A stretch of 64,000 nucleotides of DNA from the NCBI GenBank assembly GCA_031404015.1, contig JANNGT010000027.1, forward strand, positions 920-64,919. The letters are read 5' to 3'. The notes under the pieces were generated by a model that saw only the letters and a program-made list of their open reading frames with translations, ran no database searches and had not been told where the DNA came from. Positions 26,751 through 33,282 of the stretch are shown piece by piece. The translations under genes were made by a program, and so were the position numbers. Position 1 is the first letter of the stretch, and every line of letters begins with the position of its first letter. Source of the DNA: Gammaproteobacteria bacterium (lineage in GTDB: Bacteria; Pseudomonadota; Gammaproteobacteria; Steroidobacterales; Steroidobacteraceae).

Positions 26751-27442
26751 ATGGTCGCCGCCACCACGCCCACCACCGTGCTGATCACCGGCGCCAACCG
26801 CGGCATCGGCCTGGAGTGCGCCCGGCAGTTCGCCGCCAGGGGTTACCAGGTCATCGGTACCGTTCGTGATGCTGCCGACGCCCGCGAGTTGTCCGCGGTG
26901 GCGGACCGCGTCGAGCCACTCCACGTGACGGACGCGGCGAGCGTTGCGGCCCTCGCGCACCGCCTGCACGGGGTGGCCATCGACATTCTGGTGAACAACG
27001 CCGGCCTGTTCGACCCCAACGACGTGACCGTGGACACCGTCAACTTCGCCGTGATGGAGCAGACGCTGGCGGTGAACACCCTCGGCCCGCTGCGCGTCAC
27101 CCAGGCGCTGCTGCCGAACCTGCGCACCGGCAAGCGCCGGACCATCGTCAACCTGTCCTCACAGCTGGGCAGCATCGCGGAATCGAGCGGCCGCTGGTAC
27201 GCCTACCGGGCGAGCAAGGCGGCACTGAATCAGATCAACAAGACCTTGAGCGCGGAACTGGCGCCGGAAGGGTTCACCTGCGTAGTGCTGCAGCCGGGCT
27301 GGTACGCACCGACATGGGTGGTGCCAGTGATACCTATTCCCCGCAGGAAAGTGTCGGCGGACTCATCGCCGTGATCGAGAGGCTCGGACCGACCGACACG
27401 GGCCGCTTCTACGACTTCAAGGGCACGCCGGTCCCCTGGTAA
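26751..27442 (+). pseudogene. SDR-family oxidoreductase (C-factor/sniffer-like) interrupted by a -1 frameshift near 27302
   Basis: VLITGANRGIG, NNAG and YRASKAAL are intact. After LQPGW the annotated frame gives junk and stops at 27374. The +1 frame reads GWVRTDMGGASDTYSPQESVGGLIAVIERLGPTDTGRFYDFKGTPVPW* to 27442, which is the canonical C-terminus. Confidence 0.8.
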
Positions 27443-27581
27443 CGCGCGCGAGCAGCGCACAAGGGCAGAGGCGGTTGTACTCCGCAATGGCGGTGACAAT
27501 GGCCTCGCGCTTGGTCGCTGCGCGGGTGAAGCGCATGACGTCCTCAAGCTCCGCCTCTGGAATATCTACGGTCGGCCTCAT
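27417..27581 (-). pseudogene. VapB-type (DUF2191-like) antitoxin remnant, 3'-degenerate, no toxin partner
   Basis: MRPTVDIPEAELEDVMRFTRAATKREAIVTAIAEY matches the MRTTxDIDDxLLxEAxxxTGxxTKREAV antitoxin N-terminus. The tail runs into the SDR 3' end. No PIN-domain ORF lies downstream. Confidence 0.55.
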
Positions 27582-27863
27582 GCTTCCGATACTGTCATTT
27601 ATGGATTCCGTAAGGTCGGCGAATGGAAGCACTTCTCAGCGGCCAGCCCTTGCCAACCCCGACCCAAACGATCAAGGCAGCAGGGCACTCAAGCGGCCAA
27701 AAAGAGCAAACAAGCCGCCATCTTTTCCGATCCTGCAGGCCTCGTAATTGAGTACGCATAATGTATATTATGGTAAATAAGTTATTCCGCGAGCAAGAGC
27801 GCATGGCTTCTTGTTGGCGGAGTTGATTGCCGGTCACTCGACACCCCCAGCCGACGACTCCCC

Positions 27864-28235
27864 ATGAGCTTTCACGCACTTGCGATCCTGACCTGCATCG
27901 CCGCCCTGTTGCTCGGCCTCGGCTGGCTCACCGCCGGCAAGCTGATGCTGCAGCGTTGGCGCATTGAGCCGACGACCGGCGCGCTGCTGGTCGGCCGACG
28001 CATCGGCGCGGTGTATCTCGGCGTGGCGCTGCTCTGCTTTCTCGTGCGCTCGACCACATCACTGGAGCTGATCACCAGCGTCAGCGGGTTCGCGGTCCTG
28101 GTCAATGCGCTGCTCGCCGGCCTCGGCGTGTACGAGTACCGCGCCAGCCGTGCCGGTCCCGCCATCCTCGTCAGCGTCGCCGTCGAACTGCTGTTGCTGT
28201 TCGGCTTCGGCAACGTGTTGCTCACCCTCGCGTGA
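27864..28235 (+). CDS. Small 4-TM membrane protein (DUF4345-like, tentative)
   Basis: 123 aa with four hydrophobic helices. No catalytic motif. Confidence 0.6.
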   Translation: MSFHALAILTCIAALLLGLGWLTAGKLMLQRWRIEPTTGALLVGRRIGAVYLGVALLCFLVRSTTSLELITSVSGFAVLVNALLAGLGVYEYRASRAGPAILVSVAVELLLLFGFGNVLLTLA

Positions 28236-28248
28236 GCGAGTGTCCCCC

Positions 28249-28680
28249 TCAGCGCTCCTGCGCTCGTAACTCCGCCAACCGCTCGAGCAGTCGGCGCACG
28301 TGCCCACCCTCGATCATCGCGGCCCAATGCCCCTCGCTGAAGCGTTCGCCACGAACGCAGTACGTCAGCATCGTTTTGATTTCATCGAGACTCGCTCGCC
28401 GAACCCGCGGCTCATCGTCGAGCATGCGACCCGCCTCAACCGGCACGTAGTCGGCATCGTTCCAGCATTCCTTCGATGCCTCATCGAAGAACTCTTTGAC
28501 GACCTCCTCGTAAACGGGCCACGGCATGACGTACGCACCGTTGGCATTCTTCTCGCCTCCACCCCATCGCCGGATCGGAGCAAATCCTTCGATCGACAGC
28601 CGCGGCCGAAACGCGAGCAGCCGCCCGATCTCCGCCGCCGTCGGCGTCGTCGTCTTCCTGGGTCGCGACCCCCGCGTCAT
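28249..28680 (-). CDS. Hypothetical protein (DUF6508-like, tentative)
   Basis: 143-aa ORF with conserved-looking MPWPVYEEVVKEFF...YCVRGERFSEGHWAAMIEGG. The ATG overlaps the stop of the upstream zinc-ribbon ORF (ATGA). Confidence 0.55.
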   Translation of the reverse strand: MTRGSRPRKTTTPTAAEIGRLLAFRPRLSIEGFAPIRRWGGGEKNANGAYVMPWPVYEEVVKEFFDEASKECWNDADYVPVEAGRMLDDEPRVRRASLDEIKTMLTYCVRGERFSEGHWAAMIEGGHVRRLLERLAELRAQER

Positions 28681-28976
28681 GCCAGCACCAACATCGGAGC
28701 CTGCACCCCGGCACCGGGGAATTGCTCTTCGACCCGCCCGCGCAACAGCAGTTGCGCCCTAGGCGTCATCACACGCCCGAGCCCACCGCACAGCTCGCAC
28801 CATATCCAGGCGCTGCGGACCGCGACGTACCCCTGCCCGCCACACGGTACGCAGCGGTGCGACACACGCTGGAGCAGTGTGTCGGCGGCCGACCGATGAA
28901 GGCCGACCGGCTTCAAGCCCGTGGCGCGCTGATACGCACCCATTTTTTCGGTCATGCTGGGCCCGGATGTTCCCAT
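28677..28976 (-). CDS. Small protein with DnaJ-CR-like double CxxCGGxG zinc-ribbon
   Basis: CVPCGGQGYV...CELCGGLGRV. Translationally coupled to 28249..28680. Start is ambiguous (28976, 28955 or 28943). The longer ORF to 29276 overlaps gpx and is rejected. Confidence 0.5.
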   Translation of the reverse strand: MGTSGPSMTEKMGAYQRATGLKPVGLHRSAADTLLQRVSHRCVPCGGQGYVAVRSAWIWCELCGGLGRVMTPRAQLLLRGRVEEQFPGAGVQAPMLVLA

Positions 28977-29139
28977 GGTCGACGCCCCCAATTTGTCTTG
29001 CCACCACTGGCGAGCAGCCTGCACGTCGGCAGGCTCACAGCCTGAGCCTCGCCAAACCCACCTCCCGGATCCAGATCGACCGCCGGCACGAACAACCACC
29101 AGACGGACAATCCGCCTGGCCTCGCCCTGGAGTTCACCC

Positions 29140-29694
29140 GTGAACCGACTCTTTTTCCCGCGGGCGCTGCTGCTGACCAGCGCGCTGCTGCTCGCTGGCA
29201 CGGCCACCGCACAGGCGGCCTGCCCTGAATTTCTGAACCACGAGTTCAAGAAGCTGCATTCCGCCGACAGCGTCAACCTGTGCTCGGCCTACGCCGGCAA
29301 GCCGCTGCTGATCGTCAACACCGCCAGCCACTGCGGCTTCACGCCGCAATTCAAGGGCCTCGAGGCGCTGCATCGGAAGTTCAAAGACCGCGGGCTGGTC
29401 GTGGTGGGTTTCCCGTCAGACGACTTCAACCAGGAAGCGAAAGACCAGGCCGAGACCGCCGACGTCTGTTACATCAATTACGGCGTGACCTTCACCATGC
29501 TGGCGCCGTCGTCCGTGACGGGCAAGAACGCCAATCCCGTCTTCCAGGAACTCGACCGCCGCACCACGGAGCCGAGCTGGAATTTCAACAAGTACCTCGT
29601 CAGTGCGGACGGCAAGCGCATGCAGCATTTCGACAGCGAGGTCGCACCCGACTCAGCCAGGCTCAATACGGCCATCGAACAACTGTTGCGCTGA
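29140..29694 (+). CDS. Glutathione peroxidase (Cys-type, BtuE-like) with signal peptide
   Basis: LIVNTASHCGFTPQ, LVVVGFPSDDFNQE and WNFNKYLV. GTG start at 29140 gives the signal peptide VNRLFFPRALLLTSALLLAGTATAQA. Confidence 0.9.
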   Translation: MNRLFFPRALLLTSALLLAGTATAQAACPEFLNHEFKKLHSADSVNLCSAYAGKPLLIVNTASHCGFTPQFKGLEALHRKFKDRGLVVVGFPSDDFNQEAKDQAETADVCYINYGVTFTMLAPSSVTGKNANPVFQELDRRTTEPSWNFNKYLVSADGKRMQHFDSEVAPDSARLNTAIEQLLR

Positions 29695-29709
29695 CGCGGA
29701 TCCCAAGTC

Positions 29710-30072
29710 ATGGCACTGAACGTCCTCGGCACTGATCTCGAGCCCTGTTCACTCGATCCGCTGACCGGGTACTTCCGCGACGGCTGTTGCAACACCGATG
29801 AGCACGACCGTGGACTGCACGTCGTGTGTGCCCGCGTCACGCGCGAGTTCCTCGACTTTTCCACCCGGCGCGGCAATGACCTGGTGACCGCACGCCCGGA
29901 ATTCGGCTTCCCGGGGCTCAAGCCCGGTGACCGCTGGTGCCTCTGCGCCATGCGCTGGCTCGAGGCCCTGGCAGAAGGCGTGGCCCCGCCGGTGGTGCTT
30001 GAGAGCACGCACGAACGCGCGCTCGCGGTCGTCTCGCTGGAACAGCTGAAGGCCTTGTCGCTCGCGCACTGA
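29710..30072 (+). CDS. DUF2237 family protein
   Basis: NVLGTDLEPCSLDPLTGYFRDGCCNT...GFPGLKPGDRWCLCAMRW matches the family closely. Confidence 0.85.
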   Translation: MALNVLGTDLEPCSLDPLTGYFRDGCCNTDEHDRGLHVVCARVTREFLDFSTRRGNDLVTARPEFGFPGLKPGDRWCLCAMRWLEALAEGVAPPVVLESTHERALAVVSLEQLKALSLAH

Positions 30073-30128
30073 GTGGAACGCATTCCGCGCTAGTGCGCGC
30101 GGTGCGCGAATTGGAACTCGCACCCTGC

Positions 30129-31814
30129 TCAACGCCGCCGGTTGCGATAGTTGCGCTCCTCCGCTCGGGTTCTCTGCGTGGCGGCAAGACGTGTGTCGGC
30201 AACCCGCGTTGCGACCGTCTGCGCGCGACGGGAGCCCGCGATCGCCGCCAGGAAGGCCTCGCGATCGAGCATCCACAGTCGCACGCCGGTTTCCGCCGTG
30301 ACACTCGCCGTCCGTTGCACAGCACGCATCAAGGCGATCTCGCCGAACGTATCGCCCGGCCCGAGCGACGGTCGTGGCTGCCCGTCGACAGTGACGGCGA
30401 GCTGCCCGGAGTCGACGACATAAAAATGCTCGGCTTGATCACCCTGCCGGATCACCGGCTCGCCTGGATCGAACTCGACGGGCACGCAATCGCGCGCGAG
30501 TCGTTCGACGACCGGCACCGGCAGGTGCCCGAACATGGGCAGACGCAGCAACAGTATCAGCGATCTCGAGGGCGCCGGGGCCTCGGCGTCGATCGACTCC
30601 AGACTTCGCCAAGTCAACGCGGCCAGCAACGGCAGCATCAATCCCGCCACAAAGAACGCACCGCGTGACCCGGCCAGGATCACCATCAGGGGCACGATGG
30701 CGGCGCCGATGGCCATGGCCAGCAGCATCAGGCCCTCCTGCAGTCCGAACACGCGCGCGAGCACGTCATCGGCGATGGACCGTTGCAGCAGAGTCCGCGC
30801 CGCAACATCAAGAAAGCTCTTACCCGCACCGGCCATGGCAAACAGCAGCACGGCTGGGAGGAGATGGCTCGTCAGGCCGGCGAGCGCGAACGGCACGCCC
30901 GCGACCAGCAGCGATCCAGCCAGCGCCGCACCCAGCCGGCGGCGACCCGCGAGCAGGATCGATGCGCCCGCGCCAACCATGCCACCGAAACCGATGGCCG
31001 AGATGAGAACGCCCGGCCCTGCAGCGCCGAGCGAAAGAATCTCGAATGCCAGCACGACGGCCAGCAGCTCGGACATGCCCAACAGCAGGTACGAAATCCC
31101 GACGTAACTCAACAACAGGATCCCATGGGGCTGGGCGCGCAACTCGACCAGCGAGTCGGTCCAGTCCGACACACTGATGCGGGGACGCGGGTCCCGCGCC
31201 ACGTCGCCCTGCGGGCGCGCGGGCTGGCGGACGAGCAATGCCGCCAATAGTTGGCCGACCGCGAACACTGCGAAAATCTGCGCCGGGCCCGCTACGTGCA
31301 TGATCGCTGCGGCCACGGCGGGGCCAAGCAGCACGGCGATGCTCTCCACCATGGTCGACACGCTGTTCGCCGCCGTGAGCTGCACAGGTGTCGCAGCAAA
31401 GGCAGGCAGCGCCGCCAGGTACACGGGTCGAGTGAGGCTGATCGTTACCGCTACGAGCGCGGCCCCGACGAGGATCAACGGCAGGCCCGAATTCCCGGCG
31501 AAGAGCAGCACGGTCAGTGCCAACGTTGCCGACTGGACGCAGTAGATTCGGGGCAGCACTCGCTCGCGCGGGACCCGATCGCCCATCAGTGCGGCCAGCG
31601 GCGCCACCGCCGCTGCGGGTAGCAACTGGACCAGGGAAGCGAGGGCCGCCGCAGTGGTCCCACCCTGTTGGTACGCGTAGACGAGAATGGCCACCCAGAC
31701 GGCCCACTCCGCCGTATTGAACAGCAGATAGGCCAGCAGGGAACGGCGCAGTGCGCGCGCCGCCAGCACGGTGCGCAGCGCGCGCAGCGGCTCGTGTGCG
31801 TTAAAGGCAGGCAT
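30129..31814 (-). CDS. MFS transporter fused to a C-terminal cyclic-nucleotide-binding domain
   Basis: About 12 hydrophobic helices, then IRQGDQAEHFYVVDSG...FGEIALMRAVQRTASV. Start taken at the ATG at 31814 (MPAFNAHEP). Confidence 0.8.
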   Translation of the reverse strand: MPAFNAHEPLRALRTVLAARALRRSLLAYLLFNTAEWAVWVAILVYAYQQGGTTAAALASLVQLLPAAAVAPLAALMGDRVPRERVLPRIYCVQSATLALTVLLFAGNSGLPLILVGAALVAVTISLTRPVYLAALPAFAATPVQLTAANSVSTMVESIAVLLGPAVAAAIMHVAGPAQIFAVFAVGQLLAALLVRQPARPQGDVARDPRPRISVSDWTDSLVELRAQPHGILLLSYVGISYLLLGMSELLAVVLAFEILSLGAAGPGVLISAIGFGGMVGAGASILLAGRRRLGAALAGSLLVAGVPFALAGLTSHLLPAVLLFAMAGAGKSFLDVAARTLLQRSIADDVLARVFGLQEGLMLLAMAIGAAIVPLMVILAGSRGAFFVAGLMLPLLAALTWRSLESIDAEAPAPSRSLILLLRLPMFGHLPVPVVERLARDCVPVEFDPGEPVIRQGDQAEHFYVVDSGQLAVTVDGQPRPSLGPGDTFGEIALMRAVQRTASVTAETGVRLWMLDREAFLAAIAGSRRAQTVATRVADTRLAATQRTRAEERNYRNRRR

Positions 31815-32027
31815 GGTGTCGGCGCAATCTTGGTCGTTCCGCGTGACCCATTCACGATAAATCGATGCTGCATTGCAGCGCCGACCCGAGAGTGCATTGT
31901 CGCGACCCGCGTCGTCCAACTTTGCAGCTGCACTCCCGCGTTTATCCGAATTGCGATCTATTGCCGCAGCGGTCGTTCGTCAGCGAAGTCCAGGCCCCAT
32001 TCGCCAGCGGTGTGAGTCGCGCAGCGC

Positions 32028-32543
32028 TTACGGGTCCGACCTTGCTGCTTGGTAGTCGGCCCGAAACAAATACGCTGAGTACCAGGCGAGGCCCAAGCCA
32101 CCGAACAGGCCCAGGACGGGCGGCACGCTGCTTTGCCCCATGCCGATGACCATGCCAACGATCATGCCGAGTATCCAGCAACCAATGGCATACATGAACG
32201 CCAGTGGCAGCGCGTACTGCAACAAGCTGCCGCGATAGTATGCATCGCTGACCATTCGCTTCTGCTGCTCGCCGTCGTACCGGATGCCGAGCAGTACGGG
32301 TGTTCGCCACAAGTGTCGATAGATGTAAAGACATGCCTGCCGACCCGGTTGCAGTTCGTTGTAGAGGACTCCCTCGCAGCGAACCTTCTTGAGGTCCGTG
32401 GAGCCGATAGTGATGACGTCGATTTCGGTCGCGACCTTCACTTGCCCGATGAATTTGGTCCGACCGTGCTCGTCCACCTGCGAGATCGTCTCTCCTCCCC
32501 GCAGGTTGCCAACCCTGCCAAGCAGGCCACAGTGCTTTTCCAT
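32028..32543 (-). CDS. Hypothetical membrane protein (soluble N-domain plus 2-3 C-terminal TM helices)
   Basis: ORF in a lower-GC patch. Hydrophobic C-terminal LPLAFMYAIGCWILGMIVGMVIGM...GLFGGLGLAWY. No family recognised. Confidence 0.5.
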   Translation of the reverse strand: MEKHCGLLGRVGNLRGGETISQVDEHGRTKFIGQVKVATEIDVITIGSTDLKKVRCEGVLYNELQPGRQACLYIYRHLWRTPVLLGIRYDGEQQKRMVSDAYYRGSLLQYALPLAFMYAIGCWILGMIVGMVIGMGQSSVPPVLGLFGGLGLAWYSAYLFRADYQAARSDP

Positions 32544-32763
32544 GGTGCGTCTCCAGCCGAATTGTTGTTCGATCGTTGTTAGCCAGCCCACAACGCTATT
32601 TCACAGTCCAACCGCGTTGTCAATCGAGCGCCAATCGCTCAAAACACTTACGAACGCCAAAGGTGCTGCGTGCGATTGGGGTGTGGACGAGCCCAGATAG
32701 CACCGCGTTGACCCATGCGTGCACCGGGAGTAGCGTCGACCCCCTGAAGCTCGGGGGGATGTC

Positions 32764-33282
32764 ATGCGCACTGGAATCGCCGTAGCTTTTACAATCGGCT
32801 TCGTCACGTTCGCGGCCTCATCGCACGCGGCCGAGTCGACTCTGCCAGCGGTCGTCGCTACCCACTTGAAGGACGTCGCCGCGGAATGCGTGGAAGTCGG
32901 GGGCAAGGCACTCACTGACGCAGCGATTACGCGTGCAGACCTGACCGGTGACGGCAAGGAGGACTACGTTTTCGATGTCGGCTCGATCCAGTGCGACGGC
33001 GCTGCCAGCATCTATGGCGATCGCAGCAAGAAAGTGACGGTGTACGTCGGTGACGGCGCGGGAGGCGCCGTGGAGGCGTTCAGCGATATGTCGTACGGGA
33101 TGCGATTCGAAGGCAAGGGGATCGCAACGAAGGTCTGGTTGACGGTGATGGGCGAGGAATGCGGCAAGAAGCGGGCCGTCGACTTCGCCAGTGAGAAATT
33201 CTGCGACCGCTCCCTCGTATGGCAAGGCGCAACAAAAAAATTCGAATTCGCGCCGATATCGACCGTCAAGATGATCGAGTAG
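32764..33282 (+). CDS. Secreted hypothetical protein
   Basis: Signal peptide MRTGIAVAFTIGFVTFAASSHA, then about 150 aa with four Cys. No family recognised. Confidence 0.55.
   Translation: MRTGIAVAFTIGFVTFAASSHAAESTLPAVVATHLKDVAAECVEVGGKALTDAAITRADLTGDGKEDYVFDVGSIQCDGAASIYGDRSKKVTVYVGDGAGGAVEAFSDMSYGMRFEGKGIATKVWLTVMGEECGKKRAVDFASEKFCDRSLVWQGATKKFEFAPISTVKMIE

Noticed and set aside
28954-29276. 5' extensions of the gpx ORF (from 28954) and of the zinc-ribbon ORF (to 29276), which overlap each other.
   Set aside because: The gpx signal peptide starts at the GTG at 29140, and the zinc-ribbon protein-like part starts around 28976. The extensions are mutually exclusive and look non-coding.
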